Counted from the stretch's first letter, positions 31,139-41,709 are shown. The stretch is DNA of 64,000 nt from an uncultured Verrucomicrobiae bacterium (GCA_963788655.1 CAWBHS010000110.1:128001-192000), one strand, 5' to 3'. Notes: a model not told the origin generated them from the letters alone. Translations and numbers: made by a program.

Positions 31139-32035
31139 ATGAAGATACTCGTTTCGGGGGCCGCGGGATTGGTGGGGGCCGCGCTGGTGGCGCGCTTCCA
31201 GGGCGAAGGCCATGAGGTGATCGAGTTGCGCCGCCTGTCAGCAGGCCAGACGGACGCGAAGGCAGTTTGGGACCAGAAAACTGGCCGCGTGGATTTGACC
31301 CGTTGCCCTTCACCCGAGGCAGTGGTTCATCTGGCTGGAGAAACGATCGCCCAACGTTGGACCGCTCCCGCCAAAATCCGTATTCGCAACAGTCGGGTGA
31401 ACGGAACCCGCTTATTGGTCGAAGCCCTGACCCAATTGCCGCGGTTGCCGCGCGTGCTGATCAGCGCCTCGGCGACTGGCTACTACGGTGATCGTGGCGA
31501 CGACACGCTTGACGAAACCAGTGCCCCCGGCACGGGCTTCCTGGCCAACGTCGCCCAAGCGTGGGAAGCCGCTGCGAACGGCGCCACGGAACGGGGCGTC
31601 CGGGTCATCACCCTGCGGTTGGGCGTTGTGCTCAGCGAGCGTGGCGGCGCCCTGAGGAAAATGCTACCTGCGTTTCGTTTTGGACTGGGGGGCCGCTTGG
31701 GCAGTGGCCGGCAGTTCTGGAGTTGGATTGCACTGGACGATTTGGTGAATGCGATTCTTTTCTGCCTGAACAATGAACGGTTGCACGGCCCCATCAATGC
31801 CACTTCACCGCACCCGGTCACAAACCGTGAGTTCACTCGCGCCCTGGCGCAGGCGCTGCACCGTCCCGCCCGCCTGCCGGTGCCGGCGTTCATGGTGCGG
31901 TTGGTTTTTGGCGAGATGGGCCGAGAAGCCCTGCTGGCCAGCGCTCGAGTGATGCCCGCGCTCCTGCAGGCGGAAGGATTTACGTTTGAGTTTTCTGAGA
32001 TTTCGGCCGCCCTGCGTCATCTGCTGCGAAGGTGA
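31139..32035 (+). CDS. TIGR01777 (YfcH-like) NAD-dependent epimerase family protein
   Basis: SGAAGLVG, HLAGE, SASATGYYG, LGSGRQFWSWIALDD, PVTNREFT. Confidence 0.9.
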   Translation: MKILVSGAAGLVGAALVARFQGEGHEVIELRRLSAGQTDAKAVWDQKTGRVDLTRCPSPEAVVHLAGETIAQRWTAPAKIRIRNSRVNGTRLLVEALTQLPRLPRVLISASATGYYGDRGDDTLDETSAPGTGFLANVAQAWEAAANGATERGVRVITLRLGVVLSERGGALRKMLPAFRFGLGGRLGSGRQFWSWIALDDLVNAILFCLNNERLHGPINATSPHPVTNREFTRALAQALHRPARLPVPAFMVRLVFGEMGREALLASARVMPALLQAEGFTFEFSEISAALRHLLRR

Positions 32036-32156
32036 TCGCGGCATCGGCCCATTAAGCATTGTCGGACACGTTGTTGAAATAGTGGTCGCGCAAAGGTGAG
32101 CCGAAGCCGAGTCCCGCCGACAAAGTTGCCAATATCGACCAAAGCATAACAATTCA

Positions 32157-32290
32157 GTAGGACAGGGCGTCCCGCCTGTCCCGAACGGCAGTGAACCAGG
32201 GACTTGGGTCGCGGCGCGTAGGCTTCCTCTGCGTCACCAAATGGTGGGGAAAGCCCCTGGGCTATTTGAGACAGGCGAGACGCCTGTCCT
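32157..32290. repeat. REP-like doublet, family D (GTAGGACAGGCGTCCCGCCTGTC)
   Basis: gtaggacagggcgtcccgcctgtcc ... gagacaggcgagacgcctgtcct; second doublet at 45336-45468. Confidence 0.8.
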
Positions 32291-32574
32291 CGGAATTGTC
32301 TCGTGACTGCTCCAGCTATTGAATCGTGACGGCTAAAGCGGTCGGGACGGTGACAGCATTAGACCAATTCCAATCAGTCTTTGCGCTTCCTACAGCCCGC
32401 TTATCGGGGATCCATTAAACGAAAATTAGCATTGCCAGGCATGGTATTATGTGTTACAAGGTAGTCAATGCAGCGCCCATCCCGGCGGTGTGCGTGGGGA
32501 TGGTCCGTCCGACCGCAACGGCGCCAGGACGGTTTGCGGCTGCCTAAACCGATGAACCCGTGTCACGATCAACC

Positions 32575-35007
32575 ATGAGCACCAAGAACCCTGCCCCCGA
32601 TTTTGCAAAGTCTCCGAACAGCCCGGCGCTGGACTGGCGATCCCTTATGCCGACAATCGTTGCTGGCCTGCTAAGCTGGATGGTCATCGCCCTCGGCTTT
32701 CTCGGGCTGAAAATGCTGATGCAACAGCGTCCTGAGTTTACCGGCCAACCGGTGCGGTTCTCGAAAACCGAGTTGGTCCAGGAATCGCCGCAGGTGGCCA
32801 TCCGCAAAGTGTCGGACGATCTTTCGGTGATCAAGCCGGCGCAACCGGAGCATTCCGAGGTTCACTTCGAAATGACAGGACGCCGCGATTATCGAGGGCT
32901 GCGGACGATCATTGACATGTCGGGAGAATTTCGCGGTCGCTATGTGCTGACCAACGCGTTTGCGGAGCCGATCTTCATTCTGTTCAAATGCCCGCATCCG
33001 CGGACAGCATCCGGGCATCCGCAAGGCCTGCTGGCGAGCGGGCTCAAGTTGCAGTCCTCGGTTCCGGGGATCACGGAAAACGCCGAGACGGCCTGGTTTT
33101 GGAGCGGGTCGATTGCGGCTCATCAGGAGGCAATCATTGATTTGGTTTATCAGGTGTCATCGCTGAAAGGAGTCACCTATCAGGTGAGCGAAAAAGGCGG
33201 CCGAACTGTGAAGCAGCTTAGCATTGTTTTCCATCGGAACGATCTCGCGTCGATGGCCTTTGAAAGCGGGGAGGGAGGGATCGCTGCTACGGACGACACC
33301 GTGGTCTGGGAACGGACCGATTTCCTGGCGCCGGATTTCTTCTCGGCGCACATCGTGGAGGGCCGCAACTTGTATGCTTCGCTTTCGCAGTTGCTGGAGA
33401 TCGGTCCGTTGGTTTGCCTGTTGTTCCTGGTGGCCGTGTCGGCAATTATCCTGGCGCGGCAACGGTTGACGGTGCTGCAAATGCTGACGATCAGCGCCGG
33501 ATTTGCGTTGTATTTTCCCCTGATGCTCTACTTGAGTTCGCGCTTCTCCTTTGCCGTTGCTTTAATCATTGCGGTGCTGGTTCCCGGAGCACTGTTGGTC
33601 AATTACGCGCGCTGGCTGTTGGGAAGTGTTCTGGGGCTGTTGGGCGGCCTGGTTTTCTTGGGGCTCTATCAGGTGTTTCCCACTCTGGCGGCGTTTGCCG
33701 GATGGAACCGGGGAATGGTGCTGCTGGCCTTGGGCACGGTAACGCTGTGGGTGTTGATCAATCTGCAAAACCAAACGCTAAAACAAAAGGCTGCCGTTAC
33801 TGCGGTGCTGTTGCTGTTGGCCGTGCCGGGTGCGATGCGCGCGGGGGAGATTCAGGTGATCGTGCCGGCCCAACTGGCGGAAACGTTGCTCCATCCCGAA
33901 TCTAATGACCGTCCGCCGCTCATTTCCTGCGAGCCGGCGGCGTATCAGATTCGCCAGGAAGCGGGGTATTTCATTGTTCAAGTAACGCTGCCTTTTCAAG
34001 CGTTGCGAGTTGGGACGGAACCGGTTTCCCTGTTTGATGTCCCGGTGTATTTGCAGGAAAGCCATGTCGAAAGTTCCACGCCGGACGTGGCTCGGCTGAT
34101 CCCAGTTACGAACGGCTTGAGCCTCTACGTTCAGAAGCCTGGCCCGGGAACGCTCCAATGCTCCTATCGGGTACCGATCGAATTTCACGAGGGCAAACAA
34201 CGAGCGCGCATTCCCATGTTGCGCGGCACTCCTGGCCAGGTGCGACTAATGTCGGACCGTGCCAACCTGGCAATCTCGCAGGGGAGTTTGTGGGCGCGGA
34301 CGGAAACCAACCACCTGAGCGTGTATGACATTGGCACGGCGGGGGAAGGCTTGCTGGTCGTCGAATGGCGTGGGCCGGAAGAGGGTTTCGCACGCGGTGC
34401 CGGTTCGGAAGCGTCAGGAGCAAAGGAATTTTATGGCATTGGCATCACGCGCGCCCAAAACCTGACCGTCATCAACTCGGACGGCAGTTGCACCCATTTT
34501 GCGGAATTCGAAGTACCCGCCTCGCCGGCGGAGGAATTCAGCTTACGGTTGCCGGCCGCGGCCCGGCTGATTTCCGTTTCGGTAAATGGCATCGAGATCG
34601 GCTCGCCGACGGTGGAAGGGCAGCGCTGCCGAATTCGGCTTCCCGATCGCAGTGTCCGGCAAACTGCGCATCAGTTGTCGTTTCGAATTGCGTACGCTCC
34701 GGAAGTGCTCGGGTTTGTGGGCCAGGTTGAGTTGACTTTGCCCGAAGTCTTCCAATCCGTGGGCACGTTGGAATGGGTGGTCGTCTTGCCACGGGGATTC
34801 GACACGCAGGTAGTTTCCAGTGGACTCGAAGTCCAAAAAACGGCGCCGGACTTGAACCAATTCGGCGACTACGGGCGGGTTCTGAAATCTCATTCGCACA
34901 TTTACCTCGCCAAGGACCTGGCTCCGCCCGGCTTGGTCAGCTTGAACTTACGGTACCATCAAATCATTCCGGGCCTCCGCGAATCAAACCACGAAGAGCA
35001 ACGGTAG
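32575..35007 (+). CDS. Membrane protein: CreD-like N-terminal part fused to a large soluble beta-rich region
   Basis: One N-terminal TM, ~230-aa soluble region, 5-6 TM bundle, further hydrophobic helix, then ~385 aa soluble. Confidence 0.55.
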   Translation: MSTKNPAPDFAKSPNSPALDWRSLMPTIVAGLLSWMVIALGFLGLKMLMQQRPEFTGQPVRFSKTELVQESPQVAIRKVSDDLSVIKPAQPEHSEVHFEMTGRRDYRGLRTIIDMSGEFRGRYVLTNAFAEPIFILFKCPHPRTASGHPQGLLASGLKLQSSVPGITENAETAWFWSGSIAAHQEAIIDLVYQVSSLKGVTYQVSEKGGRTVKQLSIVFHRNDLASMAFESGEGGIAATDDTVVWERTDFLAPDFFSAHIVEGRNLYASLSQLLEIGPLVCLLFLVAVSAIILARQRLTVLQMLTISAGFALYFPLMLYLSSRFSFAVALIIAVLVPGALLVNYARWLLGSVLGLLGGLVFLGLYQVFPTLAAFAGWNRGMVLLALGTVTLWVLINLQNQTLKQKAAVTAVLLLLAVPGAMRAGEIQVIVPAQLAETLLHPESNDRPPLISCEPAAYQIRQEAGYFIVQVTLPFQALRVGTEPVSLFDVPVYLQESHVESSTPDVARLIPVTNGLSLYVQKPGPGTLQCSYRVPIEFHEGKQRARIPMLRGTPGQVRLMSDRANLAISQGSLWARTETNHLSVYDIGTAGEGLLVVEWRGPEEGFARGAGSEASGAKEFYGIGITRAQNLTVINSDGSCTHFAEFEVPASPAEEFSLRLPAAARLISVSVNGIEIGSPTVEGQRCRIRLPDRSVRQTAHQLSFRIAYAPEVLGFVGQVELTLPEVFQSVGTLEWVVVLPRGFDTQVVSSGLEVQKTAPDLNQFGDYGRVLKSHSHIYLAKDLAPPGLVSLNLRYHQIIPGLRESNHEEQR

Positions 35008-35070
35008 GCGGGGACGGACAGCGACGGCAGGATGGGGGAGTGAGGCTTGATCGCAGAAGGACTCGTGTCG

Positions 35071-35198
35071 TGGATACCAAATACCGGATGCCGAATCTTC
35101 AATGCCGGATCGAGACTTTCATTTTGGAAACAAATGAGTCAGGTCGTGCTCCCGCTTCTACCTCCGGTATCCGGTATCTGGTATCCAGCATCCGGTAT
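35071..35198. repeat. Heptamer-periodic inverted repeat (GGATACC/GGTATCC)
   Basis: ggataccaaataccggatgccg ... ccggtatccggtatctggtatccagcatccggtatc. Confidence 0.65.
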
Positions 35199-35539
35199 CA
35201 ATCAAACCACTCGTCGCGGGGATCGAAGGCCGGAATTGGAATGTTGATGAGCCGGAGTTGCCCGATGGCGCGATGTCGGCACCCTGGACGGATATAAATG
35301 GCGGTCATTGGTTTTACGGGGATCAGTTCCCCGTCCAGTTCCATCTGGCCTTCGCCTTCCAGGACCAAGTAGATCTCCGTCATTTGCTTGTGATAATGCG
35401 TCTGAGAATCCTGCTGGATGTCCACCAGGTGGAGGCTGGCGGCGTTCTCCGGCGCATTTGCAAATGCCCGGCGCGCAAAACCGCAGGGGCAGCGGGAAGC
35501 AGGAACTTGGTCCAGTTGAGCGACGAGGTAATTGGCCAT
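35198..35539 (-). CDS. Cupin domain protein
   Basis: HYHKQMTEIYLVLEGEG and IRPGCRHRA cupin motifs; N-terminal CPCG. Confidence 0.85.
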   Translation of the reverse strand: MANYLVAQLDQVPASRCPCGFARRAFANAPENAASLHLVDIQQDSQTHYHKQMTEIYLVLEGEGQMELDGELIPVKPMTAIYIRPGCRHRAIGQLRLINIPIPAFDPRDEWFD

Positions 35540-35726
35540 AAACAATGGTGGCGTGGTGCCGAGTCAGATGCCTTTAAGGCCGCCAAGCCAAGTCATCTGC
35601 CTGGAATATATTGTGTCGCGACCGCCTCCCATCAAGAATGGAGTTTGCAATTGTTGCCGCGATGTCGTCGTGGCCCGGAACGCGCGTGTCCAGCCAAAGC
35701 CGCCAACCATGGACTGGCTGACCAGC

Positions 35727-36191
35727 TCAGGTCGTTTGCGGTTGAACTTGCACGGGGGCCGGTGCGGGCTGGGGAGTTGCCTCGACTGGGCTGGGCCTGA
35801 ACTGCCTGTCAAAGTGGTCAATCACTTGGCGCAGTTCACTCTTCGCGAGTTTGCTTTCCACGTAACCGGAGACGGTGGAAACTAGAATTCTGGATTCGAC
35901 CGGCGGCAGTTGCTTGACGACGCCGTTGAGCAGTTCCCGGGCGACGGCGGAGAAGGTGTTGACGTTGTTGTACCGAAACGGCCCTTCCTTGATGCAGTGC
36001 AGCATGGTATCCAGGGCCTCCGGGAGGGCAATCTCCCGCGCGGCGGCAGTTTCCCAAAGTTTGCGCACGTAATCGTAACGTTGGGGGGTCAGTTCGTGCG
36101 CGACTTTGCCGGCCACGCACAATTGCTGGTTTTGTTCGACCACGCGGGACCAGGGCACCACGTCCAGCCAATTTTTCGGTTTGGAAATCAC
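35727..36191 (-). CDS. Hypothetical helical protein with degenerate Fic/Doc-like motif (start uncertain)
   Basis: All-alpha character; GPFRYNNVNTF resembles the Fic motif HPFxxGNGRT. Confidence 0.5.
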   Translation of the reverse strand: MISKPKNWLDVVPWSRVVEQNQQLCVAGKVAHELTPQRYDYVRKLWETAAAREIALPEALDTMLHCIKEGPFRYNNVNTFSAVARELLNGVVKQLPPVESRILVSTVSGYVESKLAKSELRQVIDHFDRQFRPSPVEATPQPAPAPVQVQPQTT

Positions 36192-36775
36192 AGAGGTTCT
36201 TTGGGTTAAGGTTCTATTTGGGTTCAGGCTGTCTTGCGCGCCCGTCACCGGACCAGATTCGATTTTCTGGCCACGACTTTGCCGGCAGCGCGCGGTACCA
36301 TTCCTCGATCCCATCGCCCACCGCCGCGTTGCCCGGCGATGGTTTCGGAATGGTTATGGTTCGAAACATATTCAGTAGTTTAAGCAGCAAAGCTCCGCAG
36401 GTCAATCTCGTGAATGTACCCATTCGGACCCCGGTTAATTACGTACTTTTCCGCCCCCACGGGAACAGCCATTCACCAAGAATGGCCTCCGCCAGCACAC
36501 CGTTGATGCGGTACCTGACTGGCGGGCACCTCCACTACCCCACCTCCTGCCTGCCTTGCCTCGTCCAGCAGACGTTGGAAGACTTAGGTTAAGGTGGTGC
36601 TTGATCGACTACCCAAATCCGGTCCGCTGTTCCCCAGCCTGGCCAGGATGCGCGGTTCCAAAACGTCCATTTGGTTTTCGGTTTTCGGGCTTCAATCGGA
36701 TCTCGGATTCAGTATCGCTTTTCGTGGCGCAACTTCGGGTTGCCAGCGGGGTTATTACCGGCAACCATTACGGCC

Positions 36776-37972
36776 ATGCAATTGGACGCTTTCATTGCCA
36801 CGGCGCGGGAACAGGATGCCAGCGACTTGCACCTGGAACCCGGCCTCCCCCTGGCCCTGCGCATTCGTGGGACCCTGCGGACTGTGGGACAACCGATCCC
36901 GGGGCCAACCCTGCTTGAGGTGGCCCGCGAAGTGATTGGCAGCGAACAATGGCCCCATTTTATCGAGCGCCGCTCGCTGGATCTCTCGCGGACCATTGCC
37001 GGCGTGCGCTGTCGGATTAACGTGTTGCACACGGCGCGGGGCGTCGGCCTGGCAGTGCGGTTGTTGTCCTCGTTCCAGGCCACTCTCGACAAGTTGAACC
37101 TGCACCCGGAACTCAAACGGCTCGTGGCACCGCACAACGGTCTGGTGCTGGTGAGCGGCCCAACCGGTTGTGGCAAGTCCACCACCATGGCGGCCTTGCT
37201 CCAGGAAATCAATTTGAATGAGGCCCGGCACATCATCACCATTGAAAGCCCGATTGAATACACCTTCCGCCCCCGATCGGCTTACATTCGTCAGCGGGAA
37301 GTCGGGCGGGACACGCCGTCGTTCGAACAGGCGCTGCTGGATGCGTTGCGGGAAGATCCCGACGTGCTGATGGTCGGCGAAATGCGCGACCCGGAAACCA
37401 TGCGGCTGACATTGGCGGCAGCGGAAACCGGCCATCTCGTGTTGGCCACGGTACACTCCTCGACGGCCGCGGAGGCACTGCAGCGGATCGTGTCCGCCTT
37501 TCCCTCCGACATCCAAAGCGCCGTGCGTTCCCAATTGGCCGACTGTCTCGTGGGCGCCATTTGTCAGCGATTGCGTTTCCGACCGGACTTGAAAATCCGC
37601 GTGCCCGAGTGCGAAATCCTGACGGCCAGCATGGCGGTGAAGGCCTTCATCCGCAGCGGCGATTTCTTCAAGATCTCTTCAGCCATCGAAACCGGCGCCG
37701 ACTTTGGCATGTGGACCTGGCAACGGTACCAGCTCTGGCTCGATAAAAAGCGAGATTGGCACATTGCCACGCCGGATGAACGCGCGGATAACGACGCGAC
37801 CGAAACCGCACCACTTGCCAATCCACTGCCTCCAAGATCATCCGCTTCCTCGCCTTCACCGCGAACCCAGCCCACCGTCACTCGCCCGGCCAATCCGTCG
37901 GCAAGCCCCATTGAAATCGAGCCGGAGGAAGGCGGGCTGGAAGAAGTGCTCAAGAAACTCAAGGATAAGTAA
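36776..37972 (+). CDS. pilT: PilT/PilU family type IV pilus ATPase
   Basis: ASDLHL, GPTGCGKSTT, TIESPIEY, QREVG.D, ALREDPDVLMVGEMRD, AETGHLVLATVH. Confidence 0.88.
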   Translation: MQLDAFIATAREQDASDLHLEPGLPLALRIRGTLRTVGQPIPGPTLLEVAREVIGSEQWPHFIERRSLDLSRTIAGVRCRINVLHTARGVGLAVRLLSSFQATLDKLNLHPELKRLVAPHNGLVLVSGPTGCGKSTTMAALLQEINLNEARHIITIESPIEYTFRPRSAYIRQREVGRDTPSFEQALLDALREDPDVLMVGEMRDPETMRLTLAAAETGHLVLATVHSSTAAEALQRIVSAFPSDIQSAVRSQLADCLVGAICQRLRFRPDLKIRVPECEILTASMAVKAFIRSGDFFKISSAIETGADFGMWTWQRYQLWLDKKRDWHIATPDERADNDATETAPLANPLPPRSSASSPSPRTQPTVTRPANPSASPIEIEPEEGGLEEVLKKLKDK

Positions 37973-38032
37973 GCGGACGGATTTAACCTTCACTTGCTCC
38001 GCGAGCGCCCTTGCCGTAGCCTGAGGGCCGTT

Positions 38033-39205
38033 ATGGACGAAAATACTGTGCCGCCGTCGTCATCATATTCCTCGCCCCCACCCGGAATTCCGCCGGTGCT
38101 GCCGGCAACTTCGCTCTATGCCCGGCGTCCACCCCGGAGGAATGGCTGGCGGATTGCCGCCATTATTCTTGGCGTGCTGCTGATCTTCAGCTTGTTGAGT
38201 CACGTCGGGATGATCCTGAGTTCCGTGGTCAACAGCATTGGCGGGACCACGTATGCCAACGCGAGCCGGTTGGAAGAAGTGGTCATCGAATCGCACGACT
38301 CGGCCAACAAGATCGCCGTGATCCCGGTCGTCGGCCTGATCTTCGACGGCAGCGTGGACCGTGGCGGTTACACATTGGTAAAATACATCCAGGATCAACT
38401 GGATCTGGCGGGACGCGATCCGCACGTTCGCGCCGTGTTGCTGAAGGTGGATTCGCCCGGTGGCGAAGTGTTGGCCTCGGACAACATCAGTCAGGCCATC
38501 GCTGATTTTCAAAAGAAGACGGGCAAACCGATCATTGCGTCCATGGGGAGTGTGGCCGCTTCGGGCGGTTATTATGTGTCGTCGCACTGCCGGTGGCTGG
38601 TGGCCAATGAACTGACCATCACCGGCAGCATCGGCGTGATCATGCACAACTACAATTACCGCGGCTTGATGGACAAGATCGGCGTTCGCCCGCAGGTCTT
38701 CAAGAGCGGCCGATTCAAAGACATGCTGAGCAGCACCAGGGAATTGGAGAACTTGTCGCCGCAAGAAAAGGCAACCTTGGACGAGGAAGCGCAGATGGTT
38801 CAACAGTTGATCGATGAGACGTTCAAGCGGTTCAAAGAAGTGGTGGCGGCGGGGCGGCAAAGCGCCAATAAATTGAACCAAGGCAATGCCGGCGCCGCCG
38901 GTCGCCCCCTGGTGGAGGATTGGGAGAAGTACGCCGATGGCCGCATCCTGTCCGGCAAGCAAGCTTACGAATATGGATTCGTCGATGAATTGGGCAATTG
39001 GCAAACCGCAGTCAAGCGCGCGTATCGCCTGGCCAATATCCAAAGCGCCAACCTGGTCCAGTATCAGCAACCATTCGAACTGTCGAATTTGTTCCGCATC
39101 CTGGGCAAGAGCGAGCCACCCAGCATCAAGCTCGATCTCGGAATGGACCTGCCGAAATTGCGAGCGGGTTTGTTGTACTTCCTGTCGCCCACCTACGTAC
39201 AGTAA
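38033..39205 (+). CDS. sppA: Signal peptide peptidase SppA (S49)
   Basis: N-terminal TM; DSPGG; AASGGYY; TGSIGVI; KSGRFKD; DGRILSG.QA. Confidence 0.92.
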   Translation: MDENTVPPSSSYSSPPPGIPPVLPATSLYARRPPRRNGWRIAAIILGVLLIFSLLSHVGMILSSVVNSIGGTTYANASRLEEVVIESHDSANKIAVIPVVGLIFDGSVDRGGYTLVKYIQDQLDLAGRDPHVRAVLLKVDSPGGEVLASDNISQAIADFQKKTGKPIIASMGSVAASGGYYVSSHCRWLVANELTITGSIGVIMHNYNYRGLMDKIGVRPQVFKSGRFKDMLSSTRELENLSPQEKATLDEEAQMVQQLIDETFKRFKEVVAAGRQSANKLNQGNAGAAGRPLVEDWEKYADGRILSGKQAYEYGFVDELGNWQTAVKRAYRLANIQSANLVQYQQPFELSNLFRILGKSEPPSIKLDLGMDLPKLRAGLLYFLSPTYVQ

Positions 39206-39207
39206 CG

Positions 39208-39831
39208 ATGAAATTCGTTACCGTCATCGAGCATCCTTTGGTGCAGCACAACCTGAGGATTTTGCGGGACCATCGCACCCAACCGCAGGAGTTCCGGCGC
39301 GTGCTGGGCGAAGTCGCCGCGTTGATGGTGTATGAGGCCACCCGCGCGTTCGAGACGCGCACTGTTTCCGTCACCACCCCGTTGGCGCGCACGCGTGGAC
39401 TGGAGTTGCGTCGCGAAGTCATTCTCGTGCCGATCTTGCGGGCCGGGCTGGGTATGATGTCACCCATTCTGCAATTGATCCCGCACGCGCGGGTCGGCTT
39501 CATCGGCCTGAAACGGCACGAAGAAACGCTCGAAGCCACCGTGTACCACCGCAGTCTGCCGCCACGCCTCAAGGATTTCGAAATCATCCTGATCGATCCG
39601 ATGCTGGCTACGGGCGGCAGTGCCGTGGCGGCGCTGGATTTGATCCGCCAGCAAGGCGGACGGCGGATGTGTCTGGTGAACCTGGTGGCTGCGCCGGAGG
39701 GCATTGCCCGGGTGCGGGCGGATTACGCGCGCCTGCCCATCTTCACCGCGGCGATAGACCGCAAGCTCAACGAGCGCGCTTACATTGTTCCTGGATTGGG
39801 CGATGCCGGTGACCGGTTGTTCGGCGTGTGA
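39208..39831 (+). CDS. upp: Uracil phosphoribosyltransferase
   Basis: HPLVQH, PILRAGLGM, IDPMLATGGS, YIVPGLGDAGDRLFG. Confidence 0.96.
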   Translation: MKFVTVIEHPLVQHNLRILRDHRTQPQEFRRVLGEVAALMVYEATRAFETRTVSVTTPLARTRGLELRREVILVPILRAGLGMMSPILQLIPHARVGFIGLKRHEETLEATVYHRSLPPRLKDFEIILIDPMLATGGSAVAALDLIRQQGGRRMCLVNLVAAPEGIARVRADYARLPIFTAAIDRKLNERAYIVPGLGDAGDRLFGV

Positions 39832-39896
39832 GTTGCCGGAAGCCTGGGTTGACAAACTCCGTGACTGGAGCGCCAGGCCACTTTCCTCAATCCTCC

Positions 39897-39966
39897 GGAG
39901 CGCGGATGCCTTCATCCGCACGCGCTGGCTCGACTGTGACCACGCGGACAAATACCTCCGCGCTCC
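39897..39966. repeat. REP-like doublet (GGAGCGCGGATGCC family)
   Basis: ggagcgcggatgccttcatccgc ... gcggacaaatacctccgcgctcc. Confidence 0.6.
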
Positions 39967-40108
39967 GCGACATAGAGTCCGCCCAAAGAGATTGCGGAGG
40001 TCGTGCGCCGTGCTTTAGACTTACGCCCAGACCTGATGACGGACGGGAACGCTGGTGCGCGAGTTCGTCAGTTCATGGCATGAACGATCAAATAACTGGA
40101 ATGCGATT

Positions 40109-40876
40109 ATGAAAAACCTCGTCCGATTTCTGCTGCACTGTACCTGTCCTCGCGCTGACCGCCTTGGTCGCGTTGCCATCCCTGCACGCCAGCGACAAAC
40201 CGGCCAACGATTCCATCCGAATCCTGCTGGTCACGGGCGGCCATGAGTACGAAGAGGAACCGTTCCTCGACGTGTTTCGCAGTTTCGCCGAACGTCACCT
40301 TTAAGCATGTGACGCATCCCAACGCCCAGGCGCTGTTCCAACCGACAGCGGCCCGGCAATACGATGTCCTGGTGCTGTACGACATGTGGGAGAAGATCGA
40401 CGACGCGACCAAGGAGAACTTCAAGGCACTGTTGAACAACGGCAAAGGCCTGGTGGTCTTGCACCATGCCATTGCCAATTACAACGATTGGGACGATTAC
40501 GCCAAAATCATCGGCGCGAAATATTATCTCAATCCGATGACGGTCGATGGCGTCAATAAACCCCGTTCTCTGTGGAAACATGGCGTGGACATCAAGGTGC
40601 ATATCGTTGATCCCAACCACCCGGTCACCCGCGGGCTGAAGGACTTTGAAATCCACGACGAAACCTACAATCTGTTTGAACGTCTATCCCGGCGTGACGC
40701 CGCTGCTGACCGCCACCGCACCCACGAGCGCCAAGACGATTGGCTGGGCTAAAACTTACGGGAAGTCGCGCCTGGTTTATATCCAATTGGGCCATGACCA
40801 CTTTGCCTATGAGAATTCCAATTATCGTCAACTCATCCATCAGGCCATTCGCTGGGTGACTCCGGCGAGCCATTAG
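40109..40876 (+). CDS. Secreted ThuA-like (class I glutamine amidotransferase-like) domain protein, about 3 frameshifts
   Basis: Signal peptide then IRILLVTGGH; YDVLVLYD; GKGLVVLHHA; HPVTRGL.DFEIHDETY; YIQLGHD. Confidence 0.75.
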
Positions 40877-40926
40877 CCAATCGTTCCGGCTCAGCGACGA
40901 TGGTTATACCAGCCAGAAAAGCGCCC

Positions 40927-41610
40927 ATGTCAAAACCAACCGATCCCCAAGCCATCGCCCAATATATCGATCACACGCTCCTGAAACCGGAAGCCATGGC
41001 GAAGGACCTCGAGCAGCTTTGCGCGGAGGCCCGGGAGCATCAGTTTTACAGCGTGTGCGTCAACGGATCGCGGGTGGAGTTGGCGAAGCATTTACTGGAA
41101 GGCAGCGATGTGAAGGTGGCGAGCGTCGTGGGATTTCCGTTGGGTGCCATGAGTTCCGATGCCAAACGCTTCGAAACCGAAGCCACCATTGACGACGGCG
41201 CCCAGGAGATCGACTTGGTGCTGAATATTGGACAGCTCAAGGAAGGCGACAGCGCGTGGTATTGCGCGAACTCCGGGACGTGGTGGAAGCCGCAGAAGAA
41301 CGGCCGGTGAAAGTCATCATCGAAACCTGCCTTTTGACGCGCGACGAGAAAATCCTCGCCTGCCAACTCATCGTGGAAGCCGGGGCGCAGTTCGTCAAAA
41401 CCTCCACCGGATTCAACCGCGGCGGCGCCACGATCGAGGACGTTAAACTGCTGCGGGAAACCGTGGGGCCCAAGATTCGGAGTCAAAGCCGCCGGCGGTA
41501 TCCGCGACATTCAAACTGCGTTGGCGATGATCGAAGCCGGCGCCACGCGGTTGGGCACCTCGAACGGCGTGGCGATTGTCCAAGGGCTCAAGGGTGGCGG
41601 CAGTTACTGA
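40927..41610 (+). CDS. deoC: Deoxyribose-phosphate aldolase (frameshifts near 41255 and 41480)
   Basis: [57 protein letters not shown]. Confidence 0.93.
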
Positions 41611-41623
41611 GCTGCTTAAATAT

Positions 41624-41654
41624 CTCCCATGCAGACAGGTTCGCTACATGGGAG
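41624..41654. terminator. Hairpin between convergent deoC and vapC
   Basis: ctcccatg...catgggag stem; no strong U-tract. Confidence 0.35.
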
Positions 41655-41709
41655 CCGAGGGCAAGGCACTTGGAAACCAGTCCCCAACCGACGCTTCAAC
41701 CAGTAACGG

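Noticed and set aside
32470..32560. Structured leader (ccatccc/gggatgg and ccgcaa/ttgcgg stems) with loose fluoride-riboswitch resemblance
   Set aside because: Conserved core nucleotides and the pseudoknot could not be matched by eye; an Infernal/Rfam scan would be needed
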